DNA of 64,000 nt, from positions 82,350 to 146,349 of the forward strand of contig CAWFGR010000006.1 in the NCBI GenBank assembly GCA_963815405.1, written 5' to 3'. The position numbers were made by a program, and so were the translations under genes. This document shows, one piece after another, positions 36,639 through 47,561 of this stretch. The notes under the pieces were generated by a model. That model was not told the origin of the DNA and made no database searches. It worked only from the letters and a program-made list of their open reading frames with translations. The DNA is from an uncultured Actinomycetes bacterium (GTDB lineage: Bacteria > Actinomycetota > Acidimicrobiia > IMCC26256 > DASPTH01). How positions within the stretch are numbered: the stretch's first letter is position 1; every line of letters starts with the position of its first letter.

Positions 36639-38204
36639 TCAACGGGACGCGACGAGGGATCCGGCGTGACGCGCAAAGTCGACGAAGAAGCCTGGGAAGA
36701 CCCCCACCCAGACGACGAACACCGCCGCGATCGCGAGCACGAGAACGGCCGGCGCGTCGATCCACTCTCGTCGCGATCCACTCGGCGCGGGAGCGTCCGT
36801 CGGATCGTCCTCGCCCTCGTCGTCGACCCCGAAGACGAGCACCGTCACCCGCAGGTACACGGCCGCACCCACGACCGAGGCCAGGACCCCGATGATCGCG
36901 AGCCAGTACTCGCGGGCGTCGACCGCGGCGGCGAAGACCTGCAGCTTGGCGACGAATCCGCCGGTGAACGGAACGCCCGCCTGGGCCAGGACGAAGAAGG
37001 TGAGGAACGCTGCGAGCATCGGCGACCGGCGTGCCAACCCTCGGTACTGCACCAACCGGTGGTCGGCATCGTGGCTGCGCCGACCGATGATCGTCACCAC
37101 ACCGAAGGCACCCACCGTCATGAATGTGTAGGTGAGCAGGTACAGGAGTGCTGCTTGCAGGCCCCGCCGCGCGGGCTCCACGTGGTCGGTCGCGGCAACG
37201 GCGAAGGCGATCAGCACGTAACCCGCATGCGAGATCGACGAGTACGCCAGGAGTCGTTTCAGGTCGGTCTGCACGACGGCCGCCACGCTCCCCACGACGA
37301 GCGACGCGACGGCGAGGACCATGATGACGGGCCGCCAGTCGGAGCGATACGCCGGCAGTGCGACGACAAACACGCGGAGGAACACGGCGAAGCCGGCGAC
37401 CTTCGTCGCGGACGACATGAAGGCCGTGACCGGGCTGGGAGCACCCTGGTATACGTCGGGCGTCCACTGGTGGAAGGGCGCGGCCGAGACCTTGAACGCG
37501 AGGCCGACGGTCATGAGCGCGAAGCCCGCGATCAGCGTGCCCTGCTCGAGCAACCGGCGCCCTCCGAGGAACTGCGCGATCCCCGTGATCGAGGTGGTAC
37601 CGGTCGCGCCGTAGGTCAGCGCAATCCCATAGAGGAGGATGGCCGATGCGAAGGAACCGAGGACGAAGTACTTGATGCCGGCTTCCTGCGAACCGAGGCG
37701 TCGCCGATCGAACGCGGCGAGCACGTACAGCGGGATCGACAGGACCTCGAGCGCCACGAACACCACCACGAGGTTGTTCGCGGTCGTCATCGCGAGCATT
37801 CCCGCTGCGGAGAGCAGGACCAGCGCCAGGTACTCGGGCCCTTCGAGGCCTTCGCGCCGCAGGTAGTTCACCGACAGGAGGAGGGTCGCGCCGGCGGCGA
37901 ACACCACCAGAATGCCGAGGAAGACGGCGAAGGGGTCGACCCGCACCATCTCGCTCATCGTCGTGAGGGTGCCGTGGTGGCGGACGTGGAACCACTGCCA
38001 CGCAAGGAGCCCGCCCGACGCCGCGATGCCGGCTCCGGCGATAGCGATGGCGGTGGCGTTCGCGCCCCGCCGGCCGCGCAGCAGCGCGCGTGCCAGCACG
38101 ACCGCGATGCCCGCACCCGCGAGCGCGAGCACCGGCGCGATCGCGAGCCACGCAACGGAGGGCGCCGCGATGTGACGGAACGGAGCCGTCGCGCCGAGGA
38201 TCAC
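36639..38204 (-). CDS. nuoN: NADH-quinone oxidoreductase subunit N (14-gene operon)
   Basis: GTG start in a GTGA overlap with the nuoM end. ...NLVVVFVALEVLSIPLYVLAA...KVSAAPFHQWTPDVYQGAPSPVTAFMS... Confidence 0.88.
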   Translation of the reverse strand: MILGATAPFRHIAAPSVAWLAIAPVLALAGAGIAVVLARALLRGRRGANATAIAIAGAGIAASGGLLAWQWFHVRHHGTLTTMSEMVRVDPFAVFLGILVVFAAGATLLLSVNYLRREGLEGPEYLALVLLSAAGMLAMTTANNLVVVFVALEVLSIPLYVLAAFDRRRLGSQEAGIKYFVLGSFASAILLYGIALTYGATGTTSITGIAQFLGGRRLLEQGTLIAGFALMTVGLAFKVSAAPFHQWTPDVYQGAPSPVTAFMSSATKVAGFAVFLRVFVVALPAYRSDWRPVIMVLAVASLVVGSVAAVVQTDLKRLLAYSSISHAGYVLIAFAVAATDHVEPARRGLQAALLYLLTYTFMTVGAFGVVTIIGRRSHDADHRLVQYRGLARRSPMLAAFLTFFVLAQAGVPFTGGFVAKLQVFAAAVDAREYWLAIIGVLASVVGAAVYLRVTVLVFGVDDEGEDDPTDAPAPSGSRREWIDAPAVLVLAIAAVFVVWVGVFPGFFVDFARHAGSLVASR

Positions 38205-39778
38205 TTGTTGGCTCCCGCGTGCCCCGCGCCCGCGCCACCGAACCCGCGCGGACACCCTGGTCGGCCACCGCCGGCTGCCGGTAGTCGGAGTGACGCTCGA
38301 CCTGGGCGATGACCGCCTTCACCGACGGCTCGACCCGATCGAGCACCGGCTTCGGGTAGATCCCGAGGAACAGGCTCAGCCCGAGCAGCGGGACGACCGC
38401 CGCGAGCTCGCGGAGGCCGATGTCGGGAAGGTGCGCGTTCTCGCCGCTCGGCACACCGGTGAAGACCCGCTGGAAGGCCCAGAGCAAGTAGACGGCCGCG
38501 AGGATGACCCCGATGGCTCCGATGATCGCGTACGGCTCGTGCCGGACGAACGTGCCGATCAGCGCGAGGAACTCGCCGACGAAACCCGAGAATCCCGGGA
38601 GCCCGATCGACGCGAACGCAGCGACGCAGAAGAGTCCTCCCAGGAGCGGCACCGAGCGCCACAGCCCGCCGAACTCGGAGATCTCCCGCGTGTGCCGGCG
38701 GTCGTACAGCATGCCGACCAAGAGGAAGAGCGCGCCGGTCGTGAGCCCGTGGCTGATCATGGTGAAGATGCCGCCCTCGAGGCCCTGGGTCGTGAGGGCG
38801 AAGATCCCCAGCGTGGCGAACCCGAGGTGCGCGACCGACGAGTAGGCCACGAGTCGCTTCAAGTCGGGCTGAACCGCCGCGACGATCGCTCCGTACACGA
38901 TGCCGATCACCGCGAGCACGAGCAGTAGCGGTGCGAGGTCCACCGCAGCCTGGGGGAACAAGGGCAAGAGGAGGCGCAGGAACCCATACGTGCCCATCTT
39001 GAGGAGGACGCCGGCGAGGATGACCGAGCCGGCCGTTGGAGCTTCGGTGTGCGCGTCGGGCAGCCACGTGTGGAGCGGGAACAGCGGCACCTTCACCGCG
39101 AACGCGCCGAGAAACGCGAGGAAGAGCCACTTCGCCGTGCCTTCGTCGAGCCCACCCGGCGCCCACGCGGTGAGGGTGCGCAGGTCGAACGTGAGCGTGC
39201 CGGTCGCGGACTGGTGCAGGAACGCCAGGGCAAGGAGACCCACGAGGAGCAGCGCCGACCCGGCCATCGTGTACAGGAAGAACTTGAGTGCGGCGTAGTT
39301 CCGTCGCTCGTGTCCCCAGCCCAAGATGATGAAGTACATCGGGACAAGGACGATCTCGAAGAACACGAAGAACACCACGAGGTCGAGGCCGAGAAAGACG
39401 CCCATCAAGGCGCTCTCGAGGACGAGCATCCACGCCGTGAAGGCCTTCACACGGGTCTTCAGGTTCCCGGAGGCGAGCAAGCCGATCGGGAACAGCAGCG
39501 CCGTCAGAGCGACCATGAACAGGCTGATGCCGTCGACGCCGACGACGTACTTGATCCCCAACGACGCGATCCACGTCCGCGTCTCGACGAATTGGTACGA
39601 CGCCTTGCCTGCGTCGAAGTTCCAGAGCAGTGCGCCGGCGAGACCGAGCGTGACTGCGGTCGTCGCGTAGCCGGCCACGCGCACGATCTCGACGCGCCGG
39701 CGCGGGGAGCAACGCCACGATCAGCGCGCCCGCGGCCGGAACCAGGATCAGCGCGGTCAGGATCGGAAAGTCGTTCAC
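38201..39778 (-). CDS. nuoM: NADH-quinone oxidoreductase subunit M (14-gene operon), two compensating frame breaks (about 39704-39707 and about 38245)
   Basis: [25 protein letters not shown] and the terminal GGAGAGHAGANK-TGA share one frame. The body (...KVPLFPLHTWLPDAHTEAPTAGSVILAGVLLKMG...) is in another. The total span is divisible by 3. Confidence 0.85.
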   Translation of the reverse strand: MNDFPILTALILVPAAGALIVALLPAPARRDRARGRLRDDRSHARSRRRTALELRRRQGVVPIRRDADVDRVVGDQVRRRRRRHQPVHGRSDGAAVPDRLARLREPEDPCEGLHGVDARPRERLDGRLSRPRPRGVLRVLRDRPCPDVLHHLGLGTRATELRRTQVLPVHDGRVGAAPRGSPCPGVPAPVRDRHAHVRPAHPHRVGAGWARRRHGEVALPRVSRRVRGEGAAVPAPHVAARRAHRSSNGRLGHPRRRPPQDGHVWVPAPPLALVPPGCGGPRTATARARGDRHRVRSDRRGGSARLEATRGLLVGRAPRVRHAGDLRPHDPGPRGRHLHHDQPRAHDRRALPLGRHAVRPPAHAGDLRVRRAVALGAAPGRTLLRRCVRVDRAPGILGFRRRVPRADRHVRPARAVRDHRSHRGHPRGRLLALGLPAGLHRCAERRERAPSRHRPPRARGGRPAARAEPVPRDLPEAGARSGRAVGEGGHRPGRASLRLPAAGGGRPGCPRGFGGAGAGHAGANK

Positions 39779-41805
39779 CGAGCCGCCCACACGAGGAGAT
39801 ACGTCACGAGCGCGGCGGCTCCGGCGAAGAGCCCGAGCGCGTAGTTCCGCACGAGGCCGGTCTGCAGGCGGCGAAGCCCGCTGCCGCCGCGCCGGACCAG
39901 CGCGCCGAGGCCGTTGACCGCGCCGTCGATGACGCGCGCGTCGAACACGTCGGCGAGCCAGCGAGCGCCGGTCTTCCCCGGTCCGTCGACGAGGCGCTCG
40001 ATGGTCTCGTCGAAGAAGAAGGCTCGACCCGCAACTGCGCCCACGGGTCCGAGCGCCTCGTCGAACGGGTCGACCTCCGGGTCGGGCACCCCGAGGCCAT
40101 ACCAGCGGAACGCCACCGCGATCCCGGCAACGCCGAGTGTGACGGTGAGGAGAGAGAGCAGCGCTCCGGCACCGAACGAGGTCGCGTGGATCTCGTGGAC
40201 CCGCGCGAACGTGGGCTCGAGCCAGTCGGTCAGGAACTCGACGCCCTTGAACGGCAGGTTGAGGAGTCCACCGATCACGGCAAGGCCGGCGAGGGCCAGC
40301 ACCGGGAGTGTCATCACCGGTGGCGATTCGTGTGGCCGATGCGCGAGCTCTCCCGGAGCGACCGGGTCGCCGTAGGCCACGGTGGGTGTGGTCGTCTTCA
40401 CCTCGCCGTGCGCGACCGTCGCGTTGTGCCCGTCGTCGGACGTGTGACGCACCGCCCAACGTTCGTTTCCGAAGAACACCAGCAGAACTTGCCGCGTCAT
40501 GTACGCACCGGTGAGCAGCGCGGCCGCGAGGCCCACGACCCAGACGCCGTAGTGATGCGAGAAGAACGCTTTGGCGAGCACGTCGTCCTTGGCGAAGAAG
40601 CCGGAGAACGGGGGCAGGCCGGCGATCGCCAGCCATGCGACGACGAACGCCGACGCGGTGATCGGCATGTACTTCGCGAAGCGCCCCATTCTCCGCATGT
40701 CCTGATTGCCCTCGTTGCCGTGGATCACCGACGCGGAGCCGAGGAAGAGCGCGCCCTTGAAGAACGCGTGGACGATGACGAGGAAGATCGCCGACGCGTA
40801 CGCACCGACGCCCAACGCGAGGAACATGTATCCGAGCTGGCTCACGGTCGAGTACGCGAGAACACGCTTGATGTCAGGCTGGACGAGGGCGACGAAGCCG
40901 GCGCCCAACGCGGTGCCGGCACCGATCCACGCGACGACCGTCATCGCGTCGCCACTCGCTTCGAAGAACGGGTGCGCCCGTGCGACGAGGAACACACCGG
41001 CCGTGACCATCGTCGCCGCGTGGATCAGCGCCGACACCGGCGTCGGGCCTTCCATCGCGTCGGGCAGCCACACGTGCAGCGGGAACTGCGCGCTCTTGCC
41101 GACGGCGCCGAGGAAGAGCGCGAGTGCGATCGCCGTCGCGGTGCCTTTCGCGAGGCCTGACGCCCCCAGCAAGGCCCCGTGCGCGCCGGCATAGTCGAGG
41201 GTCCCGAGCTTCTGGAAGATCAGGAACATCCCGATCATGAAGCCGACGTCACCGACGCGCGTCGTGATGAACGCCTTCTTGCCCGCGTTTGCTGCCGCGT
41301 TGCGCTCGAACCAGAAGGACACGAGCAGGTATGAGCAGAGACCGACGCCCTCCCACCCGAGGAAGGTCACGAGGAAGCTGCTCCCGAGGACCAGGATCAG
41401 CATCGCGGCCACGAAGAGGTTGAGGTATCCGAAGAAGCGTGGGTACCGCTCGTCGCCGTGCATGTATCCGACCGAGAACAGGTGGATGAGCGTGGCGACG
41501 CCGGTGACGAAGAGGATGAACGTCACCGACAGCGGATCGGCGAGGAACCCGAGGTTCACCTGGAGGCCCCCGGCCGGGATCCACCGGAACAGCGTGGCGA
41601 CCTGCTCGCGGTGCTCGGCGGGTAACGAGTGGAGCGCGAAGAACGAGACGACGGACCACACGAAGGACAGTGCCAGCATCAACGTCGCGAACCAGCCCGA
41701 CCGCGGCTCCCCGATGCGCGTTCCGCCGAGCAGGAGCACGACCGCGCCGAACAGCGGGAAGGCCGGGACGAGCCAGATCAGGTCGAGGAGGCTGTGCGCA
41801 GACAT
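39775..41805 (-). CDS. nuoL: NADH-quinone oxidoreductase subunit L (14-gene operon)
   Basis: ...[20 protein letters not shown]...[36 protein letters not shown]... Confidence 0.92.
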   Translation of the reverse strand: MSAHSLLDLIWLVPAFPLFGAVVLLLGGTRIGEPRSGWFATLMLALSFVWSVVSFFALHSLPAEHREQVATLFRWIPAGGLQVNLGFLADPLSVTFILFVTGVATLIHLFSVGYMHGDERYPRFFGYLNLFVAAMLILVLGSSFLVTFLGWEGVGLCSYLLVSFWFERNAAANAGKKAFITTRVGDVGFMIGMFLIFQKLGTLDYAGAHGALLGASGLAKGTATAIALALFLGAVGKSAQFPLHVWLPDAMEGPTPVSALIHAATMVTAGVFLVARAHPFFEASGDAMTVVAWIGAGTALGAGFVALVQPDIKRVLAYSTVSQLGYMFLALGVGAYASAIFLVIVHAFFKGALFLGSASVIHGNEGNQDMRRMGRFAKYMPITASAFVVAWLAIAGLPPFSGFFAKDDVLAKAFFSHHYGVWVVGLAAALLTGAYMTRQVLLVFFGNERWAVRHTSDDGHNATVAHGEVKTTTPTVAYGDPVAPGELAHRPHESPPVMTLPVLALAGLAVIGGLLNLPFKGVEFLTDWLEPTFARVHEIHATSFGAGALLSLLTVTLGVAGIAVAFRWYGLGVPDPEVDPFDEALGPVGAVAGRAFFFDETIERLVDGPGKTGARWLADVFDARVIDGAVNGLGALVRRGGSGLRRLQTGLVRNYALGLFAGAAALVTYLLVWAAR

Positions 41806-41808
41806 CGG

Positions 41809-42127
41809 TCAGCCCCTCAGTGCGCGGCACGTCGTCGGCCGTCGCATTGCGTCGCCGGCGGAAGATCACGACAATGATCGCGAGGCCCACGGCAACCTCG
41901 GCGGCCGCGACCACGAGCGTGAAGAACACGAGCACTTGGCCTCGGACGTCGTTGAGCTCGTGAGCAAACGAGACGAACGTGAGGTTCACGGCGTTGAGCA
42001 TCAGCTCCACACACATGAACATCACCAGCACGTTGCGCCGCACGAGCACGCCGATGGCGCCGATCGTGAACAGTCCGGCCGCGAGGACCAGGTAGTAGGT
42101 CGAGGTCACATCGAGCACGGCGGTCAC
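41809..42127 (-). CDS. nuoK: NADH-quinone oxidoreductase subunit K (14-gene operon), frame break near 41815-41835
   Basis: ...[19 protein letters not shown]...[20 protein letters not shown]. The expected ...LRG-TGA end lies 3 nt before the nuoL ATG, in the next frame. Span is 3n+1. Confidence 0.82.
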
Positions 42128-42765
42128 GACTCGACCTCCACCGCGACGCGGTCTTCCGTGTCGTCGCCGTCCACGCGGTCGTCCTCAACGTCGGTGAGCG
42201 GATCAGGCGCGTCGGTCGGCGGCTCCTCGACGATCTCCACCCGCTGACCGCTCCGGCGCGCCAACACGACGCTGCCGACGACCGCGATGACGAGCAGCGC
42301 CGCCGTCAGCTCGAACGGCCACAAGAATTCGACGAACAGCGCGCGCGCGACACGCTCGACGTTGCCCCCCAGGTTCCGGTTGTTGCTCCGAAGCGCATGC
42401 ACGCCGCCCGAGTGCTCGCCCGTCACCCATTCGTGGCCCGCGAGATAGATCGTCTCCGCGCAGACGATGGCACCCAGCGCCACAGCTGTCGGGCGTTGGA
42501 AGCGCAGCGGCTCGAACCGTGATTCGAAGCGATCGATTCCGAGCAGCATGATCACGAACAGGAACAGCACGACGACCGCGCTGGCGTACACGATGATCTG
42601 GACGGCCGCGAGCAGGTCGGCGTCCTGTTCGAGGAAGAACACCGCGACGCTCACCATCGCGGCGACGAGCAACAGCGCCGAGTGCACCGGATTGCGCGCG
42701 AGCACCATGCCGATCGAGGCGCCGACCGCGAGCGCGGCGAACAGGAAGAAGATGAGGGCCTGCAC
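42124..42765 (-). CDS. nuoJ: NADH-quinone oxidoreductase subunit J (14-gene operon)
   Basis: [45 protein letters not shown]... Acidic C-terminal tail. Confidence 0.9.
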   Translation of the reverse strand: MQALIFFLFAALAVGASIGMVLARNPVHSALLLVAAMVSVAVFFLEQDADLLAAVQIIVYASAVVVLFLFVIMLLGIDRFESRFEPLRFQRPTAVALGAIVCAETIYLAGHEWVTGEHSGGVHALRSNNRNLGGNVERVARALFVEFLWPFELTAALLVIAVVGSVVLARRSGQRVEIVEEPPTDAPDPLTDVEDDRVDGDDTEDRVAVEVES

Positions 42766-42777
42766 GTCTCTCCTGCC

Positions 42778-43380
42778 TCACTCGCCGTCTTCGTCGGCGC
42801 TTTGGCCGAGCTCCGGGGCACGGACGCCGAAGCCGAGCTCTCCCGACCAGCTCACACGGCCCTCGTAGGCCATCTGGCCACCGGGCGCGGTCGCGCGCAT
42901 CCACGCACTGGTGTGCTCGTCCTCGTCACCCGACCAGAGCTCCCAGGGCTGACGGCGCGCGCGGCCATCGTCACCGACCACGAGCTCACGCTTGGTGTAG
43001 ATCGCGTCTTCTCGGTGTGCGAACGAGAACTCGAACAGCTTTGTCTCGGTGATCGCCTCGGTCGGGCACGCCTCCACGCACAGGTCGCAGTGGATGCACC
43101 GCAGGTAGTTGATCTCGTACACAAAGCCGTAGCGCTCGCCGGGCGACACGGGCGCGTCGGGCGGGTTGTCGGCGCCGCGCACGTAGATGCACCTGGCCGG
43201 GCAGACACCGGCGCAGAGCTCGCAGCCGATGCACTTCTCCATGCCGTCCTCGTAGCGGTTGAGCACGTGGCGCCCGTGGAACCGCTCCGGCTTGGGCCGC
43301 TTCTCCTTCGGGAATTGCTCCGTCAACGGCCGGCGGCCCATCTGGCGCAGCGTCACCCTGAAGCCCGACAGCTTCCCCAT
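42778..43380 (-). CDS. nuoI: NADH-quinone oxidoreductase subunit I (14-gene operon)
   Basis: ...GRHVLNRYEDGMEKCIGCELCAGVCPARCIYV...NYLRCIHCDLCVEACPTEAI... Confidence 0.92.
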   Translation of the reverse strand: MGKLSGFRVTLRQMGRRPLTEQFPKEKRPKPERFHGRHVLNRYEDGMEKCIGCELCAGVCPARCIYVRGADNPPDAPVSPGERYGFVYEINYLRCIHCDLCVEACPTEAITETKLFEFSFAHREDAIYTKRELVVGDDGRARRQPWELWSGDEDEHTSAWMRATAPGGQMAYEGRVSWSGELGFGVRAPELGQSADEDGE

Positions 43381-43413
43381 CAGCGAATCTCCTGATATCT
43401 GGTTGCGCTCGCT

Positions 43414-43436
43414 GCGGGCCGGGATACCCGGCCCGC
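43414..43436. repeat. Intra-operon palindromic element copy A (GCGGGCCGGG-ATA-CCCGGCCCGC)
   Basis: Perfect 10-bp stem in the nuoH-nuoI spacer. About 45 nt of flanking similarity to the copy at 47528-47550. Confidence 0.7.
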
Positions 43437-43486
43437 GGGCGCTCGCCGCTCCCGCGAGCTCGCTCGCTCTGCTCGCTCGCCGCGCG

Positions 43487-44695
43487 TCACCTGATCTCCT
43501 CGATCAGCTCGTCGGGCTTGGGCACCGAGAGGTAGAGGACGCCGTAGAGCGCGGCGGCGCCGAGCACCGCCGCCGGGACCACAATCCACATCTGCCAGTG
43601 CCGGTCGTGACCCACCGCGACGACACCGGAGACCATGACCCACAAGAAGGCCAGCTCGATCAGGTACTTCCAACCCAGCGCCATGAGCTGGTCGTAACGC
43701 AGCCGCGGGAGCGAGGCACGCACCCACACCGTCCCGAACAGCAGCGCGATGAGCTTGGCGAGGAACCAGAAGACCGGGAGCACCCAGGTGCTCAACCAGC
43801 TCGTAGGGGAGATGCCGAGCCCGGGACCGCTGGGCCCACCGAGAAAGAGCGTCACCGCGATCGCGCACATCGTGATCAGGTTCATGAACTCGGCGAGGTA
43901 GAAGATCGCGAACTTGATCCCCGAGTACTCGGTCATGAAGCCGGCGACGAGCTCCTGTTCGGCCTCGACCAGGTCGAACGGCGGATGGTTCGTCTCGGCG
44001 ACGGCGCTGATGAGAAAAACCGCGAACGCGACGATCGCCGGCAGCCAGTACCAATCGCCGTTGACGATCGACTGCACGCCGTGCCAACCCTGAAGCGAGA
44101 CGATCCCGCGTGTCGACAAGGTGCCCGACTGCACGAGGACCCCGACGATCGCGAGGCCGAACGCAGCCTCGTAGCTCAGCAGCTGCGCCGACGCGCGCAC
44201 TGAGCCCAGCAGCGGATACTTCGACCCCGATGCCCAACCCGCCAGCATCACGCCATAGACGCCGATGCCCGACATGGCGAGCAGCCACAGGATGCCGAAG
44301 GGCAGCTCCGCGAGCTGCAGGTTCGTCACCCGCCCTGCGATCGAGACGGTCCCGCCGATCGGCACGATGCTGAATGCCAGGAACGCCGGCATGATCGAGA
44401 GATAGGGCGCGAGCCGGAACACGCGGCGGTCGGCCGAGTCGGGCTCGGTGCCCTCCTTGAAGAAGAGCTTGATGCCGTCGGCGAGCGTCTGGAGGATCCC
44501 GAAAGGACCGGCGCGGTTCGGACCGATCCGGTTCTGCATGCGCGCGATCACCTTGCGCATGAACCAGATGTACAGCAGGACCGAGACCAGCAGCAGCGCG
44601 AACACGGCCACGGTCTTGCCGATGACGATCAGCACGGTCGTGAGGTCGACCTTGCGGTGGAACAGCGGATCCGACGCCGCGAGCACGTGCATCAT
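43487..44695 (-). CDS. nuoH: NADH-quinone oxidoreductase subunit H (14-gene operon)
   Basis: MMHVLAASDPLF...MQNRIGPNRAGPFGILQTLADGIKLF...MLAGWASGSKYPLLGSVRASAQLLSYE... Start is in an ATGA overlap with the true nuoG stop. Confidence 0.9.
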   Translation of the reverse strand: MMHVLAASDPLFHRKVDLTTVLIVIGKTVAVFALLLVSVLLYIWFMRKVIARMQNRIGPNRAGPFGILQTLADGIKLFFKEGTEPDSADRRVFRLAPYLSIMPAFLAFSIVPIGGTVSIAGRVTNLQLAELPFGILWLLAMSGIGVYGVMLAGWASGSKYPLLGSVRASAQLLSYEAAFGLAIVGVLVQSGTLSTRGIVSLQGWHGVQSIVNGDWYWLPAIVAFAVFLISAVAETNHPPFDLVEAEQELVAGFMTEYSGIKFAIFYLAEFMNLITMCAIAVTLFLGGPSGPGLGISPTSWLSTWVLPVFWFLAKLIALLFGTVWVRASLPRLRYDQLMALGWKYLIELAFLWVMVSGVVAVGHDRHWQMWIVVPAAVLGAAALYGVLYLSVPKPDELIEEIR

Positions 44696-47464
44696 CGAGT
44701 CGTCTCCACGCGCAGCTCGGTCACCGGTTCGCGCAGGTCGACGAGGTCCCCGACGGTCGCGCGCCCGGCCTGCGCGATCGGCGAGATACGCGGTCCCCTG
44801 CGGCTGCGCGGCATCGGCGCGGATCGGCACCGTGATCGACCCCCGTGCGCTGGTGACGCGCACCTCTTCTCCTTCTCGGTGCACCCCGATCCGGGAGAGC
44901 TCGCTGGGGTTCACGACCAGGGCGACGCCGGGCGCCAACGCCGAGAGCGCGGAACTCGAGCTCGTGATGCGGCCCGCGTCGTAGAGCTTGCGGCTGATCA
45001 CGAGCCGCAGACTGTAGGCGTCACGCGGAGTCACGGGCTGGGTGGCCACTCCGGGCTGCCAGCGATGCAGGACGGGCGCCCCGAGCCGACGCTCGGCGGC
45101 ACGCTCCAGCAGTGCCGCCCGCTCCTCGTGCGACTCCGGAGCCGGGAGACCGGGCGGCGCCACGACGGCGGCCTCAGGTCCGGTGGCCTCGGCCACTGCC
45201 GTTGCGCCGACCGCGGACACGAGCGGCTCGTCGTCGGGTGTGATCGGTGGGATCGGCTCCCACGAGGGACCGAGACAACCTCCTGCGCCGCGGAACACGA
45301 GCTCGTCGGCGTGCGCGTCGATGGGAACGACCGCGCCGTCGCGGAGGCGTCGCAACGTCGTCGCGTCGACCCCCGCGTATGCGGGTGCCACGCGCGCGAT
45401 CTCGTCCTGCACGTCGCTGACGGTCTCCCACCCGAACTCGACCCCCAAGCGCGACGCGAGCTCACCCGCGATCTGCCAGTCGGCCATGGCGTGGCCACCT
45501 GGCGTCACCAGTCGGGCCACGCGCTGCACGCGTCCCTCGAGGTTCGTCGTGCTCCCGGACTTCTCGCTCCACACGCTCGTCGGCAGGAACACATCGGCTC
45601 GGTCCGCGCCGTCCTCGATGAACGCCCCGACCGCGACGACACATCGAGCCGTCGCCAATGCGGCGCGGACGAGGGTCTGGTCCGGGAAGTCGGCGAGCAG
45701 GTCGCAGCCCAGCAGCACGAGCGTGTCGATGTCGCCGGACGCGGTGCCCGCGAGCACGCCGGCCGCGTCGGCTCCCCGCGCGGCGGGCACGGAGCCCCAG
45801 TGCTCGGCGAACCAGTCGCGGCCGTCGTCGAGCGTCACCCGGCCCGGCAACATGCCCGGCGCGAGCCCGAGGTCGAGCGCCCCGTGCACGTTGGCGCGGT
45901 GCAAGGCAGAGAGGAAGGAGACGCCCGGTAGTGCAGCGAGCTCGGCGGCGGCGGCGACCACCGCGGCCGCACCGTCGGCGAGCGAAGGGCGGCCGACGAC
46001 GACCACGATGTCCTCGCCCGCGTCGCGCAGCACCGCCGCGGCTTCCGCGAACGGCCCCTCCACCTCGTCGCCGCGCATCGCCGCGACGAGGTGGCGAACC
46101 GCCTCGCCCTCGTCGCCCGGCAGATGACGCAGCGACACCGCCGCGTACCGGGTGAGCGCCGTCGCCCGCGACGACACCTCGACGATCGGGACGCCCAGAT
46201 CCGTCGCGGCAAGGCGCAGGCGGAGGAAGAGGATCGGCAGCTCTTCGATGAGATCGCCGGCGAGGACGACAACGGCCTTCGCCCGCGCGAGGTCGGGAAT
46301 CGTCGCCCGGGGAACACCGAGCACGAAGTCTGCGGGCAACCCGTCGGCAAGTTGCGCGTCGGTGTTGTCGGTCCCGACGACGGCCTTCGCGAGCCGTGCC
46401 CACGCGTACGCGTCCTCGTTGGTGCCACGGGCGCCACCGATGAATCCGACCGACGCCGGGCCTTGGGCGGCGATGGCTGCCCGCAGACCGCCGGCGGCTG
46501 CGTCGAGCGCCTCGGGCCACGAGACCTCGACCAGCTCCGAGCCCTTGCGCACCATCGGCGCGCGCACGCGTTCGCCCGAGTGCACCCACTCGAGCCCGTA
46601 GCGACCTTTGTCGCACAGCCACCCTTGGTTGACCGGATCCGAGTCCACGCCGAGCATGCGCACCAGCCGGTTGGAGGTGGACTGGATGACGGAACGGCAA
46701 CCGACGGCGCACGTCGCGCAGCTGGTCTCCGCGGTCTGCAGGTCCCAGGGGCGGGCGCGGAAGCGGTACTGGCTCGCGGTGAGCGCACCGACCGGGCAGA
46801 TCTGGACCGTGTTCCCCGAGAAATAGGAGCGGAACGGCTCGTCGGGGAACGTGATCACCTCGGTCGTGCCGCCGCGGCCGCCGAACGCGATGAGCGGCTC
46901 GCCCACGATCTCGTCGGCGAACCGGGTACAGCGACCGCACTGGATGCAGCGCTCACGGTCGAGCAGCACCAGGTCGCTGATCGGGATCGGCTTCTCGAAG
47001 TGGCGCTTCTCTTCGACGAAGCGCGATTCACCGGGACCGAACGCGAGGGTCTGGTCCTGGAGCGGGCACTCGCCACCCCGGTCACAGACCGGGCAGTCGA
47101 GCGGGTGATTGATCAGCAGCAGCTCGAGCACGCCGTCCTGCGCGCCCTTGACCGCCTCGCTCTTCGTGCTGACGATCATGCCGTCGGACACCGGCGTGGC
47201 GCACGAGATCTGCAGCCCGCGCATGCCCTGGACCTCGACGAGGCACATGCGGCACATGCCTACGGGCTTCATCCGCTCGTGCCAGCAGAAGCGCGGCACG
47301 TAGGTGCCGTTGTCCTGCGCGACCTTGATCAGCAACTCGCCCCGCGGCGCGCGGACCTCGACACCGTCGATCGTGACGGTGACGACGTCGGGTCCCGGCG
47401 CAACCGGGATGCGGTAGGGCTGGTTCGAGGGCCACTGGCTCATCGGGATCGAGTCAGCACTCAT
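44692..47464 (-). CDS. nuoG: NADH-quinone oxidoreductase subunit G (14-gene operon), frame break near 44778-44784
   Basis: MSADSIP...VTIDGVEVRAPRGELLIKVAQDNGTYVPRFCWHERMKPVGMCRMCLVEV...HPLDCPVCDRGGECPLQD... The natural end ...DLVDLREPVTELRVETTR-TGA is in the next frame. Span is 3n+1. Confidence 0.88.
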
Positions 47465-47527
47465 GCTTGCCCGCTCTCGGTGCTGCGCACCGGGCCGCAC
47501 TGCGCCCCGACGGCGCCACGCTCCGCT

Positions 47528-47550
47528 GCGAACCGGGATACCCGGCTCGC
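47528..47550. repeat. Intra-operon palindromic element copy B (GCGAACCGGG-ATA-CCCGGCTCGC)
   Basis: In the nuoF-nuoG spacer. One stem mismatch relative to copy A. Confidence 0.65.
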
Positions 47551-47561
47551 GGACGCTCCGC

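Noticed and set aside
36625-39684. 1019-aa ORF covering nuoM and nuoN
   Set aside because: Only the first roughly 480 residues are NuoM. The rest is Arg/Gly-rich out-of-frame read-through across nuoN, whose true frame gives a conserved NuoN.
38201-40636. 811-aa Arg-rich minus-strand ORF
   Set aside because: Only its two short segments at the nuoM termini are genuine coding sequence. Elsewhere it is out of frame over nuoM and nuoL.
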